Below are positions 1 to 11,872 of a DNA stretch of 64,000 nucleotides, piece by piece. The notes under the pieces are model-generated. The model was not told the origin of the DNA. It saw only the letters and a program-made list of their open reading frames with translations, and searched no databases. Made by a program: the position numbers and the translations under genes. The stretch's first letter is position 1; the number at the start of each line of letters is the position of its first letter. This stretch comes from Phoronis australis (Eukaryota; Animalia; Phoronida): contig NMRA01000617.1 of NCBI GenBank assembly GCA_002633005.1, positions 132,367-196,366 of the forward strand, written 5' to 3'.

Positions 1-639
1 AACAACATTACCAGGTGCAGTGCGATTAATACAGTAATTAAATTTACATAATTAAATCAACCTTCATTTAAATTGAATTATACACTAGTATATATGGAGA
101 CTCAAAGATACAGGCGCGTGTTTGCCAATAGATTTCGCATCAACTGCAAATCGAGTCGAAATAATGCAATCAAGGCGAATTTAATTTCATTATCGAAACA
201 CGACGAGCTTTTTTAGCAAATGAAATTATAAGCCAGTGATGGCAGCGAGTTTTCAGATCTGGTGAAAAAGCGATGCAGATTTGACCGAGTCATGCTTTTT
301 GAGCATTTGAATACCCATATCTGAAGGCGAAACTATCATTAAAAACGCTTATTATTAACAACCAATTTCCGTGTGAAGAAAATTATATTGTCATGGCTAC
401 GCCCTTTTGTGTTGCGTCAATTGCAATGGAAGATATGGGGGAGATCGGAGATATTTTGCGGCTGTTTACGCTTTAGTACTTTTCAAATTCTTAAACTGTA
501 GAGGTTTGTGCAGTTTAACTAGAAATTGATTAGTGTTCACTAATTACATTTTGAAAAACTCGATAATATCATCCGTGCTATAACATTTTCAAAATTGGGT
601 TGCATTTGGGAATGATGTTATGAAAAACTGGAGACCTGT

Positions 640-1060
640 CCCTAGTTACATGAAACAGTCCCAAAGAGGGACTAAATTACGTTTCCTAAATTTACTGCGT
701 ATACGTGGACTTGTAAAAACACGGATTGTCCTTTCTTGTGGTGTCTTAGTTTCACCCCTAAATCAACTTTTGACTTTGATACAAATCGAGAGTGAACTCC
801 ACGTTGGATTCTCATGTTTTTCCAACATGTGTAGTCTTTTTATGTAATACGCATAATTTAGTCGCTGTTTATTTTCATTGAACTAAGGGACCAGTTTTGG
901 GTTATATTATTAGAAAATGTACTTAGTCAAAGAGGATATTAAAATAAAGATAAAGTTAAAGAGAAAATTACAACGGTGATCAAAGAACGACACAAATACA
1001 TAACAAATTTAGGGAACTAAATAAATTTAATTCTCTGTTTGGAACTGTTTCATGCACCAA
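640..1060. mobile_element. MITE-like element in DRGX intron 3
   Basis: Imperfect ~45-bp terminal inverted repeats: CATGAAACAGTCCCAAAGAGGGACTAAATT (~649) versus the reverse complement of AATTTAATTCTCTGTTTGGAACTGTTTCATG (~1023-1053). Non-coding interior. Confidence 0.5.
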
Positions 1061-1623
1061 GCCACTGTGTAATATGACTTCAGTAAAGTATGCTAGTTAT
1101 CCTACCAAACTGGACTTCAAAATTGTTTGTTATGAAAAAAAAAATCAGTTTTGACGTCCAGTTGTAGATGGGACATTTGAATTGTGATGACAAAACTCAA
1201 AAGAGTACTATTTTTGGATAGAGCCTCATGCAAAAAAGGGAACATTTAAGCAAAGTCCTTATATTAGTTGGAGAACATTAGATAAAGAATAGTATTGGAA
1301 AGTTTCATAGGAATGCAATCAGTCATTTCTGAGATAACATGCTCTAAAGTTAGTCAAATTCGGACGTTTTTCTGGGGTCCTACATAATCTTCTATTACAC
1401 GTTTTACGTTACGCTGCGTGTTCACATGAAAGTCCTGTCATGGCAAAAAGTCGAGATTAATTGTGAGCAAGGAAGTGACATAGTTTTGAGTTGTTTTTTT
1501 TTTTGGACTTCTCTACAAGTGGAAATGCGCCTTTAACTTTTGAAATTGAATTGGTGTTAACAGGAATCATTTATCAACTGTACGTTTGTATTGCTATTCA
1601 ATGTTTCTCATGTGCGTGATTAC

Positions 1624-1725
1624 CTGAACTCGGGCCTCTGTTAGGTTGATCCGTAATGCCAGCTCTTCTCTCGTGAACACGTCGGGATAATGCGTCTGTG
1701 CGAACGCCTTCTCCAGTTCTTCGAG
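1624..1725 (-). CDS. DRGX: DRGX coding exon 3 (homeodomain helices 1-3)
   Basis: Acceptor cccattag; [34 protein letters not shown] (102 nt); donor CAG|GTAATC. Confidence 0.95.
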
Positions 1726-4700
1726 CTAATGGGATCATAAAATGAATAAAAAATGTCACTGGGAATATTCGGTTATCGATATAGGCACTCAAAAGGAAAT
1801 GAATGAAACGGTTCCAGAAAAAAGGTTCACACGAAAGTTTGGCGGAGGAGAACACTGAATTACTTTCCATTGGAAACAACCTAGTACGTTATTTGTAATT
1901 TTGATTTCCACGAGTGCTTGCCGTTGGAGAACAAAAACAATTTAAAATTTGTTTTTATTCGACAACGGGAGTGAAAAGAACTTTTCAAAAGCATGAAGTA
2001 CACTCACGCATGTAAACATTTGAGCTGAGGTTGCGCCACAGATTGCTGCAGAAAACTACTTGCCTGCTGGAGGGTGAAAGTTGTCCGATTTCGTCTTTGC
2101 TTACGCCGAACAAACGAGTCCTCGTGTCCCTCGCCAGGCATAGCATACGGAGAAACTGGAAAATATTTTAAAGCTATACCAAGCCTTGCTTTATTAACGT
2201 GATTTTTACGTTGGGACATCCCGTTTTACAAATCGGCGTGTATTGAATTATCTTATTTTTGGAAGTTGGTCACTTTGGCACTCCGAAGCAGCGCCTAGTA
2301 CCGCTCTAATAAGAACCAAAATAAGATACAAGGTTTCTTATAATTTCTGACTCTCGAAAATACTGCGCTAAATCACGTGAATTGTCGAGTTTTCACCTTG
2401 GGGGAGGTAAAAAGTGCTAGTATATATCGAGTAGCCGACACAAAAACCTCAATTTTTCTCACGTAAGACCGTATCATCCTTCTTACGAGACGATAATGGC
2501 TGATGTACACTACGCCATTGCTTTGGAGTAATTTTGTATAACGACAAACGAAAAGTAAATTTTGGAGCCAGTAGATAATCGTTGTGGAACGCACAGACAA
2601 ATATAATTGATACTAAATTATAATTCAAAAACCAATCTTGAGAATGTATTGCTTGTGGCGAAGTTTCAAGCAAAATGGTCATGTTTCTTCAATGATTACA
2701 ATTACGAATTTGTAAATGAGCAAAATTTCTTATTTGAATAACGAGCTTGATGGATACCAAATGTCGGAGAGCGACACTTTGAGAAATTGAAAACTAGAAT
2801 TTAAATTTTTCGTATAGAGGACAACATTGCATAATTTGTAATCGTGTCAGTTACATTAAAGCTAGTCTTATTGAACTACAGTAAATAAATATTTTGTCGA
2901 ACTGGTAACGAGGCGCCCGGGCGTCTGGAGGGCGGCAAGTGGTACTGAGATCAGGTTCAAATATCAACAGGTCTACCTCTGTCCCCTGGTCATCTCCAAG
3001 ACGTCCCCCCACCCATGGTGCAAATGCAATCTGTAGCCCCTTCCACAACTGGAATTTTGTTTTCATATTCCGAGAGCCCAATAAGCGTTTCCTGCGTTTT
3101 CTAAAAATCAAACTCACGACAAAATTAATATGCATTCGTATGACAGATAACCAGTGAACTTTCATGTTTTATTCGATGCACTGCCCGGTGACGTCGCGTC
3201 TCAAAGTGACCACCAGTGCGCTGAGGTCGGAACCGAAAAGTGACTAGTTCGATGGTTCGAGGGATGCTAGGAATTCAGAACAGACATTTCAATCTGCTAC
3301 ATCAACCGAGAAAGATATTGATTGACACAATAATGCAACTCAAAGAAAATGATTACGCATTCAAACTTGTTGCTTCCATTCACCTCTATAACATTTTGTC
3401 TCCTTTGCGATGCCACGTGATTAACTTATGCAAACTGTACCCTACAAAGTGAAGTTTTTGTCAAGAACTTGATTTTCTTTGAAGGACTGAACAAATACCG
3501 GTTTAAAAATATTCTTCACACATACATACACACACACACACACACATACACACATACATACATACACACACATGTATGTAAAAACTGCTTTATTGAGGAT
3601 TATCGTATTGTATAACACAAATAAGCAATAGAAAATACAAGAAAGTAATTATTACACATTATTCATACATTTCACATACGTTGAAAGACTGACATATGGT
3701 ATCAATATCAGAAATACCTATATAAATAAACCTTGCACCTTAGTAAAAAATAAAGTGGCGCTGCATTTATACATTTCAACACTCCACAGAATAGAACATG
3801 ACGAACACACTGTTAATACGTAGGTGATAACTGCATTTGTATTTATATTTGTATGCGCGTATACACATGTATGTGGGTGCGTGTGCCTGTGTGCGTGTAT
3901 CTGTGACAGAAGCGCAAATAAATAAAAAGGGCAAGACGTGAAATAAATACATGTTTGTGTTTCACTATAATTATTATTATTATATTGATTGTGAGCTCGG
4001 TATGAGCACACAAGATGTCGCTATTAAGTCGTAAAAAACAGGTTCGGAAATTCTGTCCTACCTTCCCAATTCGCTATGGAATAAATTCTCGCTACGGAAT
4101 CGTTACTGTAGCACAGCAAGAAATAACGTACAGAGACTGTTCAATTAACAATCAGTTATCTTGGCTAGGCGTTATACTGTGCTGAAGTGAGATGAACTTA
4201 TTTTTCGGGGAAAGTTTTGGGAGCGTAAGACGAAAGGTAAGGCTTTAGTATTATCAGAATTTGAGAAACATGTTCCTGGTGTTAAAAACATTAACTTTTT
4301 TCACTCCAGGCGTATTTACTCTTCCAAACCAACGCCATCACTTTATTTTCCTTGGATTGAATTGAAATAGGTGCAATGAATTCTCTGGAGTTCCCCTAAC
4401 GGCCTTATTGCCTTGACGACTGGAAATAACACGCCGTGTCAAGCAACTTAACGAGCTTCGGTCTGAAGAAAAAGCGATCTGTAGATTCTTTTCAAGCTCA
4501 GGAGTCATTTCTAACGTGAGTAAGGACCAAGATGAGAACGACTTTATGACAGCAAGGGAATGGACGAAAATAAAGTTGCTTTTGACATGCAGAAGACATG
4601 ACTTTCCTGCTCTTTCACACGACAAAAGTGTTCGACAACGAGTGCACTGATTTCGAATCATACGCCAGATCCACTAAATCATCCGCTTGAACTACTGAAT

Positions 4701-5595
4701 CATATGAACGAGCCACAGTGTCTTAGGAACTACGAAAAAAAATCAAGCATACGAACCGCAAAATCATTAGTTACACTCTTTCCTGTGGTTCTTACGAATG
4801 ATATTTCTTCTCGAACGTTGCATTTTACGGTTATTATGAGCACGATTTTTGCTCATACATTATGATGTTGTGGCGTATAAGGATGATTCAATGGTTCTCC
4901 GAAATGGGAATGACTCGCTGGTTTTGACGTACGACTCCGACGTTTGTGCGTGATACCCTTGGTTTTGAGAACCAGTTTGGCGCCTGTTATTCAGTGGAGA
5001 AAAGTGGTTCTGAAAACTCGTGGCTCCTGTAAGTGACTATTACCGCACCCTTGAATTATAGCTCTACTGAAATGCATCCAAGTCTTGATAAAAGCTGTGT
5101 ACAACTTAGGAAACATCGACGTGATTAGAACTTCAAAAGAAAATGAAATTAAAGAAATGGACCTCACCTTTTTATACTATCTTCAATTTTCAAAAATATT
5201 ATATTCCTTCCCTCTCTTTCCACTTTCATGCGTGGGCCTTACTTTGATTTACAAAATTTGCCTATGACTTACTTATCCAGGGCCATGATCAACGATTCTT
5301 TTGCCCTGGTAACTGGTAATGATATTTCTCAACAAACGGCGTGCACCCCAAACCGTCCTAACCAAGCATCTGTTTATCGTGAATTCTCGACCTGTTTTAA
5401 ATAGGCTCAGACACATTTCCGAGCTCAGGTGGACCACGTAGAAAATAAATCATGTTTTTGCGTCATGATGAAGTTTTAGCGCTGCTTAATTAATGGTTAT
5501 CAAGATAGATTATAGACCAATTACTTACAAGTCGTGGCTGGGGGACATCTTGCGAAGTCATTCGGGTGGAGAGATGGACAATGGAAACAGAACAT
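1624..5595 (-). CDS. DRGX: DRGX/Prrxl1 (DRG11) paired-like homeobox transcription factor, 5' portion (3 coding exons; the rest probably lies left of the window)
   Basis: Spliced join(5595..5529,2155..2064,1725..1624) reads [87 protein letters not shown]. The MFxFHCP N-terminus and [33 protein letters not shown] are characteristic of DRGX. Intron phases match (1, 0). The intron after ARVQ is the typical PRD-class position. No VWFQNRR exon was found in 1-1620. Confidence 0.93.
2064..2155 (-). CDS. DRGX: DRGX coding exon 2 (homeodomain N-terminal arm)
   Basis: Acceptor tattttccag; encodes (F)[30 protein letters not shown]; donor CAG|GCAAGT. Confidence 0.93.
3517..3575. repeat. (CA)n/(CATA)n microsatellite
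   Basis: cacacatacatacacacacacacacacacatacacacatacata... Confidence 0.9.
5529..5595 (-). CDS. DRGX: DRGX coding exon 1 ([22 protein letters not shown])
   Basis: ATG at 5595, then donor T|GTAAGT at 5528, phase 1, compatible with the next exon. Not in the ORF track. Confidence 0.88.
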
Positions 5596-7801
5596 GTTAT
5601 CTCCGCCGATGTAAGTCATCCGGGTAACGTGCTGATGAGTTTTTACATAACCCGTCGTCACCGCAAGGAGTATTTTTAGTTCAGGCTTCTTTGCACAAGA
5701 CTTTTCTGGAAGTAAGCGAGGTGTCAGTTAGATTAAAAAGTCTTAAGTGAAAATGAGAAAATGCGATTGAAAAAAGAAATGGTCCTCGTAGACAATAATT
5801 TGTCACCATCTATTGTCTGTGTATCGCGGCGTAACTTTTTCCTGAAAATTTGACTGCTTCGTGTTTCAGACTTCATTGAAAATTCGCGATTATGCTACAT
5901 ACCACATCAATCCGTTGCGGGTAATCCAACTGTAAACACTCGACCTTTGGATATGCAACTTCAAATGCAAACGCTGTGTGTTTCTGACTTCATTCAGTCC
6001 ATTATTCTAAACAAATACTTGCTAATTTGCTTAACACCTATTCTTGGAAAAAGTTGTGCTCAGGCGGATGTATGCCAGATTTCCTCGGCACTGTCTTTAA
6101 CCAGATTCGATGTTTTCATGTATTTTAATTCAACTAACGCGCTATATAACGGAGACGTTATGATAACGTCACGTGATTGTTTTGACCAATTGACTACTCT
6201 TGTGTTTTCCAGGGATAATGTCGAAATAAAAACGTTTAAGATGCACAGTCGGCGACAGTAAAGCGTGAATAAAATGCGCGAAGGCAAACAGACTTACACG
6301 AATATTATCTTATAGTACATTTCAACAGTTGTTCAAAGGTTTTTGATAAAAACATTGATTTCCTCATAACAATGTACTTTCTTTTTGTTTTTATTTTCGG
6401 AAAATCGGTGATGGAGGCAAATGAAGAGAGTCTCTGCTGAACCACGCTGATGACAACGCTCATGAATCAGAGTCTGGATTTCAGTTAAACCACGTCAAAT
6501 TTGATATTTCATAATAAAATCAACACAGCAGATTTTGTTATTTTTTGGCTTTGGTTAAGACTAATATCTGGTTTAGTGGGGTCTGTACCACAGTCGTGTT
6601 AAACCATGTTCAGGTGCGGTTTCATAACAACAACTTTCTTCACAGGGGTTTTTGCTCTTCCAAATCAACGTCGTCGCGTTCTTGTCCCTTTTCATTTGAA
6701 ATGGGTTACGAAAGCAGTGACAACCATGCAGCCATGGCTACTTGAACAAAACCGCAAAAGGCTTTGTATGAAGCAATAAACCTGTTTGGTCTTCTCAGGC
6801 TAAGGAATCATTTCTTATCTGTACGAAACAGCATGAGACCAGTTTTATACTACCAAGTGGCCAAAATTAAAAAATTACAAAAGATGCGGGTTTATAAGCT
6901 TTTTAGCCAAAAAGAACTCCCAAAATGTGATTTCGGGTCGAAAATCGACTGTGTCCACGATGACGTATTATTTTTGCACTTTCGAAAACCCTGGCCAAAC
7001 CCGAAGAAATGCTTGTATTAAAATCCTTATTACAAAGACTCATTGCTCCTGTCTATAACAAATGACATCAGAAATTTTCGTCTGTACACCCGATTGAAAG
7101 TCTGACCAAACTCGCTAATTCACCATCAATTCAACATTTACACTTATGCTAATATGTCATTGTTTGAGGTGTCGAAAAAGGCAAAAACATGAGCTTTGGG
7201 CATTGACACTATTATAAGGAATTTCACAGATTGTCACGTTATGCACGGAAGCGTATTCTTTTAGCTATTGACAATTTGGCGTTAATTATTTGACCTCGGG
7301 CGCACATCATACGTCAGAAGGTGTATGAAGATAATCTATTACCTTGATGCTCAGATAATAACCGGAGGCTTGGACTCGAATTTTGTTTGCAGTTTTATTT
7401 CGTTGTTGAACAATTAGTAACGCCAATAAGCATTTTTCGGTCCTAGAATCGAGTGTGTCCTTCAAAATGCTCTCAATCAAAATCTGTAATAGAGGAAATT
7501 TATTGCAACTTCTCAAAGGTGAATTTAACTGGTTCCAATGGAATTCCTTATGAACTGAATCTAATCCTCCATAAGTCCAAAGAGAATCTAACAAGTGTAC
7601 CACCTTCTTTACTTCCACTAAACAAAATTGCGAGTTATTAAACCATTTTGTGAGATATTAATTTAACCTAATCAATTACTACTAAATTAGTTATGCAAAG
7701 CAAATAAACGGATTATAATAAGCAATACAATGCTAGAAGTTCAGTTTCAACGATGAACCCTGTCATTAATATGCAGTATTGAAATCAGCGTAAGTTACAT
7801 A

Positions 7802-8143
7802 CGGGGTGTCCCAAAAAGTCACACTTCAGTGCAGTACCGGGAGCTCAAATTCATTTCCTGCAGTTCAGACTGCGTCGGGGTCAACCGCATGTTTACATCT
7901 TGCTGTGAAAGTAGTACGTGAGACGTCGCGTGCTCTGTACGCACGGGGATGGCAAACAAACGACTGTTTTGGAGAACAAAAAGTTATCCCGCAATGCTAC
8001 GTCAAGGAAGAGTAAAGACACTGAATCTTTCCAAATTGTAAAGAATTCAGATAGATTTTACTTTGTAGATTTAGTTCCTTTCTGAATGAATTTAAACGCA
8101 GTTATTGTCATTTGACGTGTGAGTGCATATTTAGGACACCCTG
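7802..8143. mobile_element. Tc1/mariner-type MITE
   Basis: TA|CGGGGTGTCCCAAA ... TTAGGACACCCTG|TA: inverted termini with TA duplication. Terminus resembles TA|CAGAGTGTCCACAAA at ~28661. Confidence 0.7.
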
Positions 8144-11100
8144 TATAAGTTCCAACCACTAATTCAATTTTGCTGTCTCGCTGATTCGCAATATACGCTT
8201 GATATGCGTGTTGTTCATACTCCTCGTCAATTTATTGGGTGTTGGTATTCTTACTCGGCAGGTACATAATGTGCCTTTGCCCAATTTATCAATACCAAAT
8301 CTTCACTGGTCCGCATTATGCTGTATGCAATGACAACGAAATTAAAATTATTGGCGTTTGCATTCTAAATTGCAACAGAACGCAACATCCAATAACATAT
8401 TAAACACATACGGGAGACTACAAAAACAAATCATCCGAGGAAACGTACAATTTGGTCGTGAACGATGAGTCACGAAGTCAAATGAATTAGATGGAAGTGG
8501 CTTCTTGAATTAGCAATTCTTGAAACACAATTCCATTACAAAGCCGTAAATTTTGTTTCCAAGATATTGAAATGTTATAGTCGTAATCGCATTATAATGT
8601 CACTTAGCATATTAAGTCTTAAGGCTTTACTGTCGGCGTAGTAATATTTTAAGTAATATCGTAATGAGAAGCTTCCTCCATAAGCTGACAATATCTACAC
8701 TAACGAAATTAAACCGTATTGAATTACGTCACGAAAGTCAAGCCCACATGTTACAAAAAGTACGGGAACACGAACTTGCTTTACTAAAGAACTTGAGGCT
8801 CTTTGGTCGTAAGTTTTTGTGTACACGTTTGACAACTGACCAGATACGACAATTTCTGAGATTAAAAGAAATTGAGACATTAGGTTCAGAAAACGGTTCC
8901 AACTTCTATTTATAGTGAAACGGTGACATATTTTGAAGCTATAACTCAAGCCAAACATATCATAGTTTCAATTTTTTAGCGAAATCGACCCTAGAAGATG
9001 AATTCATACTTTTTTCTAATGGTGATAATTGGCGGTAGAATTTATCTGGAGCTCTCTTAGACCCGGTTGCATAAAAGTTATACGCTGGGTAGCAACAATG
9101 ACGTCTCACTAACACGCGTAACGTTAATTGCTGAACAACGTGCTTGACGTTGTGCAACAATCAAATTTATCCAAACCATAAGTTTTGAAGGTTTATGCAA
9201 CCCACTCCTGATAATATCTCTTGCGTAAACAGTGTTTGTTCACACTGGTGCGTTGACGCACGTCACTGGATATATTTTTGATCTAGTCATTGAACGCCAA
9301 ACTATTTCCGCACTCTTAAGTTCCATTTTTTTTCTGAAAATTAAGAGTGTAGAAAATAGTTAACGAGACTTCCTTGAAAGTAGGACTGTTACCAGTTTAC
9401 ATTAATATTTTCGATTTATGTTTCATGCGCCTACTTAGGCCCATGCGCCTATAAGTGAAGCTTCACCAAATTAGGAGCATATGCCGCTAAGTGAAACATT
9501 TACATAATACAGAGAAGCATTTTTTAAATACTGTCCAATGTGAGTGAAGCCTGACTTACATACGGTGCACAACGCGGATTTTGTCATGTTTTTTATTATG
9601 TAGCAGACGTTTAGCCTCGTTCCGGCCTCCTGGCGCAGTCGGCTTCGCATTTAGGAAGTCAACGTGAGCTGATTAGCCTGAGAGGTATCGTTATGGGGTG
9701 TTCCATCGGCACAGGAACCCCGGTGTAAAACAGATATCCCGGAGTCAAAAACAGACTCCTCCACTTTTAAAACATCTGGTTACTTTCACATTCAAAAAGG
9801 CTGTGGAAATTACATAAAGCTCCGTTTGTTTGTTATTTTGTTATTATTATGTACTTGATGAATCTTTCATATAAGCAATGTAATACGAAGTACACAGCCT
9901 GTACGGTAATGTTTGCATCAGCGCTGTACAATTACTACGAACTATTAACAACGTAGCAAGCGCTGAAGGTTAGTTTAAAATGGTGTTGCCGTTAGAGAGC
10001 GAACAACAAGATGAACTAAAATATATTACATTACTCATCTATTTCGTAAGTCAACACTCGCGTCTATTACCTCTGTGATATCCTGTCAGTTATCTCCACA
10101 CAACCACGTACGTCGTATTTTGAGACAAAAAAAATCATCCATTATCTTGTAACATCAGACATCAAAACCAATGCCAAGCAATCGTTTTTGCTTTTGATAG
10201 CTGGGTTTCATTTCCTCTGCTTCCCTTTCTCGAAAATTCTCTCTTTGCTGCACTATTTCTGAGCGTACTCACTGTTGTTGGGCAGTTATAGGGGAACCGA
10301 CTCATGGACGAGATGGTTTCGCCACCTGGTGACTGGACGGTTCGCTTGTTTAGAATGACGTCATTTCTGATCTTTTGGACCCAATCAAATAAATTGAAAC
10401 GACAAAATTAAGAACAATATTAAATAGACCAGATTTGCATTGGACCGTAAATTGTTATTTTTTATTATTAAATTATTAAGCACTTCGAAAATTATTGCCT
10501 ACTTCCCAGGAACATACAATGTATGTAACAGTTGTCGGAGCACACTGATTAATCTAAATACATAATTTTGTAAACATTTTATGTGCTCAATTACCCCCTT
10601 GGTTACCTGAATCAAAACAGGTCCAAGACCTACAATTTTTTTGAAAATGTGATGTGGCTACCCATTTCAATTCCTAATTATAGGTCCAGATCACGTCATC
10701 TTAGTGGAAGATAAGTCATAACTTAACAACTGAAATGTTGGGTAGAGGGGACCAATTTGTGGTGCGGACATTCTTGCTAAGTCACTGAACGTCATTTTAG
10801 CCAGAATTGGTCGGAGTCGTCTAGTCTGCTGGGAACTAATCTACCAAAGGTTTGGGCGACTTTTAACACCTACACTGAACATTCTTTTGTCAGACGACGC
10901 AGCCGGTTTTAAGTCAGGCAATAATTAATCCGTGCCCGCAGAAGACAAAAAATATGGTTGACACTTCGACATGAGGTTTGTTACCTAAGGTTAAAAATAT
11001 TGGCAACTCGAACGCATGCGCACAGAACTGAGTTTGATCAACAACGTTCAGTGATGAAAAGAATAACTTGTCTTGCACGTGTCATCGCGTGATATTAAAC

Positions 11101-11683
11101 TTTTGTCAAGAACAACAAAACTTCTGAGAAAGAGTTTAAGATTATTTCTGTGTTGTAGACCGCAAAACTATTTCAACACATTTGCGATATTTAGCTTTAT
11201 AATTGAAGTACTTTGAAAAAAGGAATAATTTAACATGTCAAAATTCGATAGAGTGTTTTTGATAAGGTCTAGTATATTTACACTAAATAATTTCGTCTGA
11301 ATTGTGTGTCAGACATGAGACACAACCGAGCACTTATAAAAAATTGAACGTTTTAGACTGTCGAATGAACTTGGTCATACTCAGCGTCATGTTTATGGAC
11401 CTTACATGACGTTTCTACATATCTCAACTCCAAAAATATCTCAAATGCCATACGAAGATGAATCAGTGTAGTAAATGCAACCCATCTATACCCTCTCTGA
11501 GCATCAGTTCGCAAGCGCAGAATCCATATTGCTTTTTGTCTAGTTAAGAAGAGCAGCAGACGACAGGGACATAATCAAGATGGGTTGTGGTTTGGAATGG
11601 GCCTACTTACAGTAAAAGTTCACACTGACACAACACGGGAACTTAAAACTGATTTCATAAAGCTCAAAAAATCGTCCACTTAC

Positions 11684-11872
11684 CTCGGTACTCGAGCGGC
11701 GAATTAACTCTACTACAAGCGTGTACAAAACTTCCTTCAATTAGCGCATAACCAATTCAATTAACTCTTAGCTCGCCAATCACAATAGCGACAGTACTCT
11801 TTCACAGCTTATTAATCTATAATATAGTGTCCACCAAAGTACGCGCTGTATTCTTTCAGCGACTGTTTTATA
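11684..11872 (-). promoter_or_regulatory. Putative DRGX TATA promoter and non-coding first exon
   Basis: Minus-strand TATAAAA at 11872-11866, then a consensus donor GAG|GTAAGT at 11684/11683. Candidate acceptor aattttcag at ~5842 upstream of the ATG. Motif-only inference. Confidence 0.3.

Noticed and set aside
1598-1879. 93-aa minus-strand ORF over DRGX exon 3
   Set aside because: Wrong frame; the homeodomain is in another frame bounded by splice sites.
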